DNA of 64,000 nucleotides from Candidatus Poribacteria bacterium (GTDB taxonomy: Bacteria > Poribacteria > WGA-4E > JAJDTR01), in NCBI GenBank assembly GCA_022827055.1, contig JAJDTR010000165.1, forward strand, positions 17,682 through 81,681, written 5' to 3'. This document shows, in pieces, positions 1 to 10,383 of this stretch (position 1 is its first letter; each line of letters opens with the position of its first letter). Position numbers and translations under genes: made by a program. Below the pieces are notes generated by a model. The model was given only the letters and a program-made list of their open reading frames with translations, was not told where the DNA came from and made no database searches.

Positions 1-1
1 C

Positions 2-694
2 AATCAATCACTTCAACGAAAAACGGCTGCCTTCTTTGATGTCGATGGCACCATTGTGAAAAGCACCATCGTGCACTACTACGTTTGGCTTCGCTTGCCA
101 ATGCTACATCCCGTATTGCGCCTGTTATGGCTAATCCACTTCATCCCCAAAGTGATTTACTACTTCTTTCTCGATAAAGCCAGCCGCACAAGATTTAATC
201 GAGTGTTTTACCGAAACTACCGAGGTCTTGATGTTGAGCAAATTCAACGGCTTGCCACCGAGAAATTCGACACACTACTTCGCTCGAAGATCTTTCCCGC
301 GGCGTTAAATCGGATTTATGAACATCGTAGCCGGGGCGATCTCATCGTTTTCGTGACCGGGTCTCTCAACTTTATTGTCCAACCGCTTGCTGAATTTCTT
401 CATTGTGACCATGTATTCACAGTGCAACTCCATGAGGAGGACGGAAAATTCACCGGTGAACTTACAACACCCCCGTTGAGCGATGAGGAAAAGGCTCGCG
501 TCATTAAAGAGTTCGCAGAGCAACATGGGGTCGACCTGGCTTCAAGCTACGCATACGGAGATAGCCCTGCAGATTTACCAATGCTGCGAACCGTGAATCA
601 TGCAGTCGTGGTCAATCCCGGCAACGCGTTTCGGCGCATCGCCCTCGAATCTCGCTGGGAGATTCAAGACTGGACACTCGGCGTCAAACCTTGA
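2..694 (+). CDS. HAD-superfamily subfamily IB hydrolase (5' partial; true start upstream of window)
   Basis: The ORF's reading frame stays open to the window edge. The upstream in-frame translation contains the HAD motif I FFDVDGTI before the GTG at 56. A later GDSPADLPML motif is typical of HAD-IB phosphatases. Confidence 0.7.
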   Translation, partial: NQSLQRKTAAFFDVDGTIVKSTIVHYYVWLRLPMLHPVLRLLWLIHFIPKVIYYFFLDKASRTRFNRVFYRNYRGLDVEQIQRLATEKFDTLLRSKIFPAALNRIYEHRSRGDLIVFVTGSLNFIVQPLAEFLHCDHVFTVQLHEEDGKFTGELTTPPLSDEEKARVIKEFAEQHGVDLASSYAYGDSPADLPMLRTVNHAVVVNPGNAFRRIALESRWEIQDWTLGVKP

Positions 695-826
695 GCCCGC
701 GCCCGCGTGTGCGGCAACTCTTATCAGGAGGCGAAAGTCATGAAAGTAATTTGCTACTATGCATCGCTTCTAAACATCACATTCCTAATCTCGTGTCCGG
801 AAGACGGTTGAACCTAGGAGGTACAA

Positions 827-3800
827 ATGAAAGAAAAATATGAGATGTTATACATCGGTATGGATGTCGGATCGACAACCGTTAAGGCTGTCGTTGTCGA
901 CCCAGTCACGGATGAGATTGTCTGGCAGGATTATCAGCGTCATGACACCAAGCAGCCCGAAAAGACGCTGGAACTTCTTCAAAGTATAGAGGAAACTTGT
1001 CAGGTGCCGGTTGACCAGTATCGCATCTTTATCACCGGCAGCGGCGGCAATGCGCTTGCCCCTCGACTCGGTGCCAAGTTCGTCCAAGAGGTGAATGCGG
1101 TCTCACTTGCGGTTGAGAAGCTTTACCCGCAAGCGGGATCGGTCATTGAACTTGGTGGTCAGGATGCCAAGATTATCATCTTCAAGGAGGATCCCGAGAC
1201 GGGAAAAAAGCAGAAAATTCCTTCAATGAATGATAAATGCGCCGGCGGTACAGGCGCGGTGATTGATAAGGTCAACGCCAAACTCCGCATACCGGCGGAA
1301 GAACTTTGCAATCAGGGATATTACGACATCAAGCTGCATCCCGTGGCGGGCAAGTGCGGTGTGTTTGCGGAAACCGACATCAACTCGTTGCAAAAGATGG
1401 GGGTTCCTCAAGATCAACTGATGGCGTCCCTATTCGAGGCGATCGTCGGACAGAATCTGTCGGTGCTCACCCGCGGTAACACGTTGCGTCCCGAAGTGCT
1501 GCTGCTGGGTGGTCCCAATACCTACATTCGCGGCATGGTGGAGGCGTGGAAGTACAACATTCCCAAGGTATGGGAGGAGAGAGAATATCCTCTGCCTGAA
1601 GGAGTAGACCCGAAAGACCTCATCAAAGTGCCGGAAAACGCCCAATACTTCGCAGCCATTGGCGCGGTGGAATTCGGCAAACAGGAAGATGAAAGCATAG
1701 GCACGTACATCGGAACGAAAGACCTGGAGCATTATATTACGTATGGTCGGCTTGAAGAAAAAGCCAAGATGGGTGGATCCGGTTTGAGCGAGAGCGAGGA
1801 GGAACTTTCGGCTTTCAGGGAGCGGTACAAAGAGAAGAAGTTCATCCCTGCCACATTTGAGTCCGGTCAAGTTGTTGAGGGTTTCATCGGACTTGACGGA
1901 GGTTCAACTTCTACAAAGGCGGTGCTCCTCGACAAAGACCGTAATGTCCTCGTCAAGACCTATCAACTGTCTAAAGGCAACCCGATCGAAGACACCATGG
2001 AGGTAATCGACAAGTTACGTCAACAGGTTGAGTCACCGGGCGCAACACTCAAGGTAACGGGCGTAGGAACGACGGGTTATGCCAAGGACATTTTACAGGA
2101 CGTGCTTGGTGCCGATGTGGCGTTGGTTGAAACAGTGGCTCACACAGAGTCCGCGCTTCGGTTCTACGACGACGTGGATGTCATCTGCGATGTTGGTGGA
2201 CAAGACATTAAAATTATCGTCCTGAAGAACCGTCAGGTCAAGGATTTCAAGCTCAACACGCAGTGTTCTGCCGGCAACGGCTACTTCCTGCAATCAACGT
2301 CGGCAGGTTTTGGTATCCCGGTAGAGGAATATGCCGATACCGCCTTTACGGCAGAAACTATGCCCACATTTGGTTACGGCTGTGCGGTCTTCATGCAGTC
2401 GGACATCGTGGACTTTCAGCGTCAAGGCTGGAAGCCGGAGGAGATTATGGCGGGATTGGCGGCGGTTCTCCCCAAGAATATCTGGCTGTACGTGGCGCAG
2501 ATTCCGAACCTCGCGGCATTAGGCACTAATTTCGTGCTGCAGGGCGGCACACAAAAGAATCTGGCAGCCGTCAAAATGCAGGTGGACTTTATTGAATCGC
2601 GCTTCAAGGGCAAAGATGTTCAACCGAGGGTTATTGTGCACGAGCATTGTGGTGAGTCGGGTGCAATCGGGGCAGCTATCGAAGCGGTACGCTTGTGGGA
2701 AAATGGCAGAGAAACGAGTTTCATAGGGCTTGACGCTGTCAATGAAATCTCCTACACGACACACCGCAACGAAAACACGCGCTGCTTCTTCTGCAAGAAC
2801 AAATGTTTGCGGACTTTTATCGATGTGAATGTTGGTTCAGGCAGCGCGGAAGCGGAACCGCCGCGGAAGTCTAAGATACCACTTTTGGAGGGTGCCAAGC
2901 GTCTCATCGTCGGGAATTCCTGTGAACGGGGGCTCGTTGAGGATGTAGAGGCGATGAAGGTGATAAAAAAAGGGATGGACGACGCGAAAGGTGCATACCC
3001 CAATATGCAGGAAATTGCTGCGACAGCGATTTTTAAGTCGTTCAAGCCTGAGCTGGCTGCCGATTCGATTCCGAAACTTTCCATCACCAAAGCACAAAAG
3101 CAGCGTGCGGCGTTGATGAAGAAACGAGAAGAAATTCGTATTGGTATCCCGCGTGTGCTTAACATGTACTCCATGAACCCGGTATTCAGCGCATACTTTG
3201 AGAGTTTAGGTCTGAAACCGCGCAACCTCGTTTACTCGGACTATACCTCAGAAGAGATGTACAAAGAGGGTGCCAAACGCGGTTCGATTGACCCTTGCTT
3301 TCCATCGAAGGTCGCCATTCCGCACGTTCATAATCTGCTTCATACACATCACAAGAAGAAACCGCTTGATATCATCTTCTTCCCAATGATTGATTGCTTG
3401 CCTTCGGATCTGGTCGGCACCCAAGGTTGCCGCTCCTGCCCTACAGTCTCTACCACACCGGCAGCTGTGAAAGCGGCATTCACAAAAGAGGGAGACTTGT
3501 TCGCCGAGATGGGGACACAACTCTTTGATACTTTTGTTAATCTTAGTGAACCGCAGTTGTTCGAACGACAGATGTATGAGCAGTTTAAGGATGTGTTTGG
3601 GCTCTCCGAGGCTGAGAATCGCAGAGCCGTCGAAGCCGGCTATAAGGCACTCGATCAGTACCAAAACGTCATGCTGCGTGGATCGGGTCGCAAAATCATT
3701 GACCAGCTAGAGGCGGAGAATCGTCTCGGCATTGTGCTGCTCGGCAGACCGTATCACAATGACCCTGGAATCTGTCACGAAATCCTGGCAGAGTTCCAAA

Positions 3801-4366
3801 AACTTGGTTACCCCATCCTTACACAGGATAGCCTGCCAATTGATGATGACATTTTGGGCAAACTCTTCGGAGATGAGGTGCGATCGGGCGCAATTTTAGA
3901 TCCAATGGACATCGCTGACGTATGGAAGAACTCCTATAGCGAGAACACGAGCATCAAGGTCTGGGCGGCGAAATATATCGCACGTCATCCGAATCTAGTC
4001 GCGCTTGAACTCTCAAACTTCAAGTGTGGACACGATGCGCCCATCTACACAGTTGTCGAAGAGGTTGTTCAAAACTCCGGCACACCATACTTCTGCTTTA
4101 AGGATATTGATGAAAATAAGCCGACCGGCTCCATCAAAATCCGTGTCGAAACGATTGATTACTTCCTCAGACGATACAGGGAGGATATGGTCAAGAAGGC
4201 GGAGAAAGAACATGCCATTGACGAGCAACTCCTCGAATATGAAACGGAACTTCGACGCCAGTTGACTGCGAATCTTGATACAGAGACGACAATTGCTGCG
4301 GTAGGGACGCTGCCGATGGAGCCACAACCGGAGAAAAAACGTCGTGGCTCAAATGTTAGCGTCTGA
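827..4366 (+). CDS. CoA-substrate-specific enzyme activase (two BadF/BadG/BcrA/BcrD-type ATPase domains) fused to a 2-hydroxyacyl-CoA dehydratase (HgdB/DUF2229-like) domain
   Basis: 1179 aa. Two acetate/sugar-kinase-fold ATPase N-termini (YIGMDVGSTTVKAVVVD and FIGLDGGSTSTKAVLLD) are followed by a Cys-containing C-terminal region typical of dehydratase components. The RBS aggagg lies 6 nt upstream of the ATG. Confidence 0.8.
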   Translation: MKEKYEMLYIGMDVGSTTVKAVVVDPVTDEIVWQDYQRHDTKQPEKTLELLQSIEETCQVPVDQYRIFITGSGGNALAPRLGAKFVQEVNAVSLAVEKLYPQAGSVIELGGQDAKIIIFKEDPETGKKQKIPSMNDKCAGGTGAVIDKVNAKLRIPAEELCNQGYYDIKLHPVAGKCGVFAETDINSLQKMGVPQDQLMASLFEAIVGQNLSVLTRGNTLRPEVLLLGGPNTYIRGMVEAWKYNIPKVWEEREYPLPEGVDPKDLIKVPENAQYFAAIGAVEFGKQEDESIGTYIGTKDLEHYITYGRLEEKAKMGGSGLSESEEELSAFRERYKEKKFIPATFESGQVVEGFIGLDGGSTSTKAVLLDKDRNVLVKTYQLSKGNPIEDTMEVIDKLRQQVESPGATLKVTGVGTTGYAKDILQDVLGADVALVETVAHTESALRFYDDVDVICDVGGQDIKIIVLKNRQVKDFKLNTQCSAGNGYFLQSTSAGFGIPVEEYADTAFTAETMPTFGYGCAVFMQSDIVDFQRQGWKPEEIMAGLAAVLPKNIWLYVAQIPNLAALGTNFVLQGGTQKNLAAVKMQVDFIESRFKGKDVQPRVIVHEHCGESGAIGAAIEAVRLWENGRETSFIGLDAVNEISYTTHRNENTRCFFCKNKCLRTFIDVNVGSGSAEAEPPRKSKIPLLEGAKRLIVGNSCERGLVEDVEAMKVIKKGMDDAKGAYPNMQEIAATAIFKSFKPELAADSIPKLSITKAQKQRAALMKKREEIRIGIPRVLNMYSMNPVFSAYFESLGLKPRNLVYSDYTSEEMYKEGAKRGSIDPCFPSKVAIPHVHNLLHTHHKKKPLDIIFFPMIDCLPSDLVGTQGCRSCPTVSTTPAAVKAAFTKEGDLFAEMGTQLFDTFVNLSEPQLFERQMYEQFKDVFGLSEAENRRAVEAGYKALDQYQNVMLRGSGRKIIDQLEAENRLGIVLLGRPYHNDPGICHEILAEFQKLGYPILTQDSLPIDDDILGKLFGDEVRSGAILDPMDIADVWKNSYSENTSIKVWAAKYIARHPNLVALELSNFKCGHDAPIYTVVEEVVQNSGTPYFCFKDIDENKPTGSIKIRVETIDYFLRRYREDMVKKAEKEHAIDEQLLEYETELRRQLTANLDTETTIAAVGTLPMEPQPEKKRRGSNVSV

Positions 4367-4546
4367 AATGAGAGATGATTTTCATAACTACAATGCACCG
4401 AAGCTGGGGAAAGTTGTCCAATCCCTATCTTCGGTCATTTATTTTTCAGACATAAAATATCAAATCATTGAAGTGAAATTCAAACTTATTGCCGTCATTG
4501 TTGCTTCTGATAGAGATGCTGTTCACTATGTATTTGGAGGGCGAAA

Positions 4547-4822
4547 GTGCTGGAATCAGACAAGATTATGTTTGAAATTTACAAAGAAGGTGCCTATGGT
4601 GAGCGCTACCATGTAGTGTACTTCACAGAACTGGACGACCACGATAAAGATAAGGAAATCGACCGTGCACTCGCAGGGGAACATTTCTACGACGGCTTTA
4701 TCCGGAACGATCAGAGTGAGGAGGCGAAGGAAATTCTCGAAAGCGTCCTTCAGCGGCTCAATGAGGGTGATGTGGTAGAGACGAGCGAGGTAAGTCACCT
4801 CTTAGCCAACTATTTGGCATAA
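4547..4822 (+). CDS. hypothetical acidic protein (91 aa), GTG start
   Basis: ORF with a ggaggg RBS 5 nt upstream of GTG. No recognisable domain. Confidence 0.35.
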   Translation: MLESDKIMFEIYKEGAYGERYHVVYFTELDDHDKDKEIDRALAGEHFYDGFIRNDQSEEAKEILESVLQRLNEGDVVETSEVSHLLANYLA

Positions 4823-4848
4823 CTTTTACAACTTGGAGCATATGAGTT

Positions 4849-5883
4849 ATGTCCGATAGAAAATGGATGTCATCGCGCACGGCGATTAGAGGACTGAAGT
4901 GGTTCATTGTATTATCGATCGCAGGATTACTTTTAAACTTCTTTCTTACCTCTTTTACCGAGAGTATTCGGCACCTCACCCAACTCAACCCCTCATTTCT
5001 TATCGTAGCCCTTGCACTGAACATGCTCGATTGGCTATTGGGAGGTACGCGTCTCCTAGTGCTGGCTACTCAGATTTTTCCTCAGATAGAATTCAAAACC
5101 TGCTTCAAGTCGAATCTGAGCAACGTGTTCTTGGGTGCCGTTACACCCGCTCAAACGGGAGGCGGTGCCGCTCAAATATATGTGTTGTATAAAAACGGTA
5201 TGCCATTTGCTGAAGCGACTGTGGCAAGCATTATCAGCTTTCTAGGTTCAATCTTTTTCCTGATTTCCTGTGCGCTTTATCTCATATTCTTCGGGCATGT
5301 TCCAGCTATGAACCCGTCTTTACTACTCCTCTCCCGAGTGACCCTCTTAGTGTTTTCTGCAGTCATCCTGTTATTCACAGTTGCAGTGGTCAAGCCGCAA
5401 ACCTTTGAAAATTCCACAAAACGATTCTTGAGCATTATCCCCATTTTGAAGAAATTACCGGAAAGCCGAAAATTACAATCTTTTTTTGATTCGATAAAAA
5501 AGTATCAGGACATCATGAAAATCTATGTACTGAAGGGAAAGTTGGTTCTATTAGCTGCGTTTTTGCTGAGTTCGATAACATACCTCAACAAATTCTTCAT
5601 AGCATATATCGTGTTGAAAGGAATGGGATTGGATGTTCCCTTTATCCAGACAATCTTCATACAGATGATTCTCTTCTTGATTTTCTATTTTTCTCCTACG
5701 CCCGGCGCATCCGGTGTGGCGGAATTGTCATCTGCACGGTTGATGGGCAAGATAATCCCCAAGTCATCTCAGGCAGTGTTTGCTATGCTTTGGCGCACAT
5801 TTACCCTTTATATCGGCGTCGGTGTCGGTGGAGTTATAATGCTTAGATACCTGTTGACCCAGGATAGTTCTCCCGATAAATAA
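4849..5883 (+). CDS. integral membrane protein, flippase-like / lysyl-phosphatidylglycerol-synthase TM-domain (UPF0104) family
   Basis: 344 aa with about 8 hydrophobic helices and a GAVTPAQTGGGAAQIYVLY motif characteristic of UPF0104/LPG-synthase TM domains. Confidence 0.5.
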   Translation: MSDRKWMSSRTAIRGLKWFIVLSIAGLLLNFFLTSFTESIRHLTQLNPSFLIVALALNMLDWLLGGTRLLVLATQIFPQIEFKTCFKSNLSNVFLGAVTPAQTGGGAAQIYVLYKNGMPFAEATVASIISFLGSIFFLISCALYLIFFGHVPAMNPSLLLLSRVTLLVFSAVILLFTVAVVKPQTFENSTKRFLSIIPILKKLPESRKLQSFFDSIKKYQDIMKIYVLKGKLVLLAAFLLSSITYLNKFFIAYIVLKGMGLDVPFIQTIFIQMILFLIFYFSPTPGASGVAELSSARLMGKIIPKSSQAVFAMLWRTFTLYIGVGVGGVIMLRYLLTQDSSPDK

Positions 5884-6097
5884 CGAAGGAAACGGTGCGA
5901 CAAACAAGTTGACCAATGGCGTGCAAACCGAGGGGAAAATTTCATCACTGACAGCCGTAGGATATCAAGGTTCACGCAAAGTAATGTGGGGAATGCAATC
6001 TTTTTTGACGAGATGGAAAAACAAGCCCGGTTACATGTATCCTTTCGCGCTTCAGAGGAGTTCTTCAACTCCACCTGAATAAAAAGGAAAATCCACT

Positions 6098-6307
6098 ATG
6101 ATACGGCCCTTGCTCGCCATCTTCATTTTAATTCTTCTTGGCTTGCTCCTTATAATAGGCATATTCCTGATAGTATGGGACGCGGTAAGATCCACCCCTG
6201 GTAGCGAAGATGTAAAGTTTCTAAATTCTCAGGCGTTCATCTATCATTATGAGCAAACTTGGGTATCTTCGGAATTCAAAGAAACTGAACAATGTAGGTC
6301 GGGTTGA
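6098..6307 (+). CDS. small membrane protein (69 aa)
   Basis: A single strongly hydrophobic N-terminal helix (LLAIFILILLGLLLIIGIFLIVW). No known family. Confidence 0.3.
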   Translation: MIRPLLAIFILILLGLLLIIGIFLIVWDAVRSTPGSEDVKFLNSQAFIYHYEQTWVSSEFKETEQCRSG

Positions 6308-6310
6308 ACT

Positions 6311-6710
6311 ATCAAGCGAGTGAAAAATGATTAAAGGAGATAGTATCGACGAATAGACTAGGGAAGATTGGCTGAGTGGCCATAGGGATCAAGTTAAGCG
6401 TTTTAGGGTGCGAGTCACACGGTTTTAATGTTGTAAACTGCCAATTTCCATGTAAACTTGGACGAGGAAATACCGATCCATTGATTGATGGGTGCACCAC
6501 AGAAGATGATTTATGGCACTCGTTTCCGTAAGGGCGTGGCCCGGTGCGGTTGGAAACCGCACCTACCGTATGGGGTGCGAGGAAAACCTCACCAATACTA
6601 GACGAACTCCCTTAACTTGATCCCTATGGGGAAGATTGACTGAGTGGCCAACGAAGGAGGAGCTAACCGATCAACCGAGTGAACAGCGAGGGCGGTAGAG
6701 TTCCCATAGA
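6311..6710. repeat. composite repeat region. Two same-orientation copies of the dispersed GATCAAsCGAgTGaa...GCGATAG element (6311-6345 and 6671-6700) bracket a segment. That segment is flanked by a perfect 19-bp inverted repeat (CCATAGGGATCAAGTTAAG, 6384-6402 and 6602-6620) and a 22-bp direct repeat (GGGAAGATTGrCTGAGTGGCCA).
   Basis: Read directly from the sequence. Related fragments occur at 18050, 25957, 29765, 51541, 58083 and inside the CRISPR array. Confidence 0.6.
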
Positions 6711-6932
6711 AATCTCATTATCCTGTGAAAGCATCGAACGCGCGATTAGCAGCGTGCTTCCCCGTTCCTCAGGCTCCTCCCCCAACCCCCGTCAATCCAC
6801 GCTTTTTTAAGGTAATTAGCATAAAAAACTTGCGTAGGACACCGCCCTGTGATATCATCCTCGTGCCAAGAGATCAGCAGTAACCGGCATATATCGAAGT
6901 TGATTATAGTCTTGAAGCCCCACCGCAACGCA

Positions 6933-7928
6933 ATGAAATCGCAACTCATCGACAATTTCAACCGCGTGCACACAAACCTGCGCATCTCCATAACCGACCA
7001 GTGCAACTTTCGCTGTGTCTACTGCATGCCGGAAGACATGGAGTTTATGGAAGATGAAGAGGTGATGACGTTTGACGAAATTGTCCACCTTGCCCGCATC
7101 TTTGTCGATTTGGGCGTTCGCAAGGTCAGAGTCACCGGCGGAGAACCGTTGGTTCGTCGCGGCGTTCCGGAACTCATCAGCCGACTCAGCCAAATTGAAG
7201 GACTGAAGGACATCAGTTTGACGACAAACGGCATCGGCTTGATTAAACAGGCGGGTGCGCTTTACGACGCCGGGCTTCGGCGCATCAACGTCAGCCTTGA
7301 CACGCTGAACGAATCAAAATTTGAGCAGATGACGCGCCGAAAAGTGCTCTCCAAAGTATTAGAGGGGTTGCGCGAGGCGAAGCGCTGCGGGTTTGACCCG
7401 ATTAAGGTCAACGCCGTGCCGCTGCGAGGGTTTTCGGACGACGAAATCGTCGATTTGGCAGCGTTTGCTCGGGAAAATTCCTATCAACTCCGATTCATTG
7501 AGTTTATGCCCCTGGATGCAGACGACATTTGGGGAAAGAATATGTTTATTCCCGGCGAAGAGATTGTGAATAAAATCAATGCGGTCTTTCCCCTTGTGCC
7601 AGTTCCAAACGAGGGTGACCGGAAGCACGATACGGCAAAGTGTTTCCGTTTCAGAGACAACGGCGGCGAAATCGGCATCATCGCCTCCGTCAGCGAGCCG
7701 TTTTGTGACCAATGCAACCGCATTCGTCTTACATCGGACGGGAAGTTCCGAACATGCCTGTTTTCGCTGACGGAAACCGATTTGCTGATGCACCTGCGCG
7801 CTGGCGCTCCCGACGGCGTGATTGCGGATATGATTGTGGACGCGGTGAAAGCCAAGGGGCCCGGGCACAAGATAAACGCCGCGGATTTTATCAAACCTGA
7901 GCGCAATATGTCGAGGATTGGAGGATAA
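6933..7928 (+). CDS. moaA: GTP 3',8-cyclase MoaA (radical SAM, molybdenum cofactor biosynthesis)
   Basis: CNFRCVYCMPE radical-SAM cluster motif, a C-terminal second Cys cluster (CDQCNRIRLTSDGKFRTC), and about 330 aa from the internal Met MKSQLIDNF. Confidence 0.9.
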   Translation: MKSQLIDNFNRVHTNLRISITDQCNFRCVYCMPEDMEFMEDEEVMTFDEIVHLARIFVDLGVRKVRVTGGEPLVRRGVPELISRLSQIEGLKDISLTTNGIGLIKQAGALYDAGLRRINVSLDTLNESKFEQMTRRKVLSKVLEGLREAKRCGFDPIKVNAVPLRGFSDDEIVDLAAFARENSYQLRFIEFMPLDADDIWGKNMFIPGEEIVNKINAVFPLVPVPNEGDRKHDTAKCFRFRDNGGEIGIIASVSEPFCDQCNRIRLTSDGKFRTCLFSLTETDLLMHLRAGAPDGVIADMIVDAVKAKGPGHKINAADFIKPERNMSRIGG

Positions 7929-7993
7929 CCTCACCTCGGCGAATTCTGTAGAGAAACTGAATTGTAGGACTGTGAAGGGATTTACGCAAAACG

Positions 7994-8827
7994 ATGAGTG
8001 ATGAGTTAGTCATTGATGATTTACACGTGAGCGTTGAAGACAAGCCGATTATCAAGGGGCTTAACCTCAGGATTAAGCAGGGCGAAATCCACGCGCTCAT
8101 GGGACCTAACGGGTCGGGCAAAAGTACCCTATCCAACGCATTAATGGGGCATCCGCACTACGATGTTGACAAAGGTACGGTTACTTTCAATGGTGCGCCC
8201 ATCCTCGAGTTGGAACCGAATGAACGAGCGAGGCTTGGACTCTTTCTCGCCTTTCAGTACCCAACGGCGATTCCTGGGGTTACCATGGCGAATTTTCTCC
8301 GGATGGCGGTGAGTTCCGTGCGCTCCGAAAATTCAAACGGAAGCGAAACTACCGAATTGATTCCCATGCGTGAATTTCGCCGCGAACTTCGAGGAAAAAT
8401 GAAACAGTTGGGTGTTGATGAATCGTTCGCTCGACGCTATCTTAACGACGGTTTTTCGGGCGGCGAGAAAAAGAGGGCGGAAATTCTGCAACTCGCGATG
8501 CTTGAGCCCAAGGTAGCAATCCTTGATGAGACGGATTCAGGATTGGATATTGACGCCGTCCGTATTGTTGGTGAAAGTGTGAACCAGTTGATTGGTCCCA
8601 ACTTGGGAGTCTTAATTATCACACACTACCCGCGCCTCCTCAACTATATCCGACCCGAATATGTACATGTTCTGCTTGACGGTAGAATCGTTGAATCCGG
8701 GGGTTGGGAACTTGCCGAACTGTTGGAGGAGAAGGGATACGATCCAATACGCGAAAAATACGGCATTGCAGCGACAGTACCGGACACTGACGGCGAAGCG
8801 GAAGAATCGAGCGCCTTTCGGGGCTAG
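7994..8827 (+). CDS. sufC: Fe-S cluster assembly ATPase SufC
   Basis: Walker A GPNGSGKST, ABC signature FSGGEKKR, and SufC-typical N-terminus. Confidence 0.92.
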   Translation: MSDELVIDDLHVSVEDKPIIKGLNLRIKQGEIHALMGPNGSGKSTLSNALMGHPHYDVDKGTVTFNGAPILELEPNERARLGLFLAFQYPTAIPGVTMANFLRMAVSSVRSENSNGSETTELIPMREFRRELRGKMKQLGVDESFARRYLNDGFSGGEKKRAEILQLAMLEPKVAILDETDSGLDIDAVRIVGESVNQLIGPNLGVLIITHYPRLLNYIRPEYVHVLLDGRIVESGGWELAELLEEKGYDPIREKYGIAATVPDTDGEAEESSAFRG

Positions 8828-8920
8828 GTTAAAATCGCGGGGAACAAAACGTAAGTACGGTGTGTAAAAACATTCGTTACAAATCATGTGCAACATATCG
8901 CGCGATAAAGGAAAAATACT

Positions 8921-10339
8921 ATGGCAGCTCCAGAAAAGACAACGCAAGATAACTTAGGTATCAGCAGCGACTATAAATACGGTTTTCACGATGATGTCAA
9001 ACCGGTTTTCAAATCACGGAAGGGTTTGGATCCAGAAATTATCAACCAGATGTGCGACATCAAGGGCGAGCCGGATTGGATGCGCCAATATCGCCTGAAA
9101 GCCTACGAGATATTCAAGCAGAAGCCGATGACGAAATGGGGCGGAGATCTGTCCGAACTCGACTTCGACGACATCTACTACTACGTCAAAGCCTCCGATC
9201 GTAGCGAGCGGAGTTGGGATGACGTGCCCGACGACATCAAGAAGACGTTTGATCGGCTCGGCATTCCCGAAGCCGAGCGGAAATTCCTCGCCGGTGTCGG
9301 TGCGCAATACGATTCTGAAGTGGTTTACCACAACATGGAGAAGGAACTGGACCAGATTGGTGTTGTCTTTCTCGATACCGATACCGCGTTGCGTGAACAC
9401 CCCGATTTGGTGAAAGAATACTTTGGCACGGTAATTCCCTCGGCGGACAATCAGTTTGCCGCACTCAACAGCGCAGTCTGGAGTGGTGGCAGCTTTATCT
9501 ACGTCCCGCCCGGCGTCAAAGTCAACTACCCGTTGCAGGCGTATTTCCGCATCAATACCGAGAACATGGGGCAATTTGAACGCACCCTAATTATCGCCGA
9601 CGAAGGTGCCGAGGTGCACTATGTCGAAGGATGTACCGCACCGACATTTTCCAGCGAATCGCTGCACAGCGCCGTTGTGGAAATCATCTGTAAGAAGGGG
9701 TCGCGTGTCCGCTACACCACCATCCAAAATTGGGCGAATAACGTGTATAACCTCGTCACCAAGCGCGCAGTCGCCTACGAGGACGCGCATATGGAATGGA
9801 TTGACGGCAACTTGGGTTCCAAACTCACGATGAAGTATCCCAGCATTTACATGATGGAGCCGGGGGCTCGCGGCGAGATTCTCTCAATCGCTTTCGCAAG
9901 CAGCGGACAACACCAAGACGCTGGCGGCAAGGTCTTCCACTGCGCGCCGCACACCACCTCGCGCATTACCTCCAAGTCGATTAGTAAAGATGGCGGCATC
10001 TCCAGCTATCGTGGTTGGGTCGACGTGGCAAAGCGCGCGAAGGGGTGTAAATCCCACGTTGTGTGCGATGCCTTGATTCTTGATGAAGATTCACGATCCG
10101 ATACCTACCCCGTCATTGAGATTGGCGAGAACGATGTGAGCATTGAACACGAAGCGCACGTCAGCAAAATTGGCGAGGAACAGCTCTACTATCTGATGAG
10201 TCGCGGACTTTCCGAGGAAGCGGCGTCAACCATGATTGTTAACGGGTTTATCGATCCGCTCATCAAGGAGCTACCGATGGAATACGCGGTAGAGATGAAT
10301 CGTTTAATCCAACTGCAGATGGAAGGGTCTGTCGGATAA
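8921..10339 (+). CDS. sufB: Fe-S cluster assembly protein SufB
   Basis: 472 aa with conserved SufB blocks, directly after sufC. Confidence 0.9.
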   Translation: MAAPEKTTQDNLGISSDYKYGFHDDVKPVFKSRKGLDPEIINQMCDIKGEPDWMRQYRLKAYEIFKQKPMTKWGGDLSELDFDDIYYYVKASDRSERSWDDVPDDIKKTFDRLGIPEAERKFLAGVGAQYDSEVVYHNMEKELDQIGVVFLDTDTALREHPDLVKEYFGTVIPSADNQFAALNSAVWSGGSFIYVPPGVKVNYPLQAYFRINTENMGQFERTLIIADEGAEVHYVEGCTAPTFSSESLHSAVVEIICKKGSRVRYTTIQNWANNVYNLVTKRAVAYEDAHMEWIDGNLGSKLTMKYPSIYMMEPGARGEILSIAFASSGQHQDAGGKVFHCAPHTTSRITSKSISKDGGISSYRGWVDVAKRAKGCKSHVVCDALILDEDSRSDTYPVIEIGENDVSIEHEAHVSKIGEEQLYYLMSRGLSEEAASTMIVNGFIDPLIKELPMEYAVEMNRLIQLQMEGSVG

Positions 10340-10383
10340 CAGGTGAACCGGTAGAACCGTTTATCACGTTTCAAGAGTGGAGA

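Noticed and set aside
4344-4616. 90-aa ORF overlapping the 91-aa gene at 4547-4822 (GTG start)
   Set aside because: It is in a different frame and lacks an RBS. The GTG-start ORF with a ggaggg RBS is preferred, though neither has homology support.
6711-6932. Moco riboswitch upstream of moaA
   Set aside because: It is plausible from context, but I could not recognise the conserved motif by eye and will not claim it without a covariance-model search.
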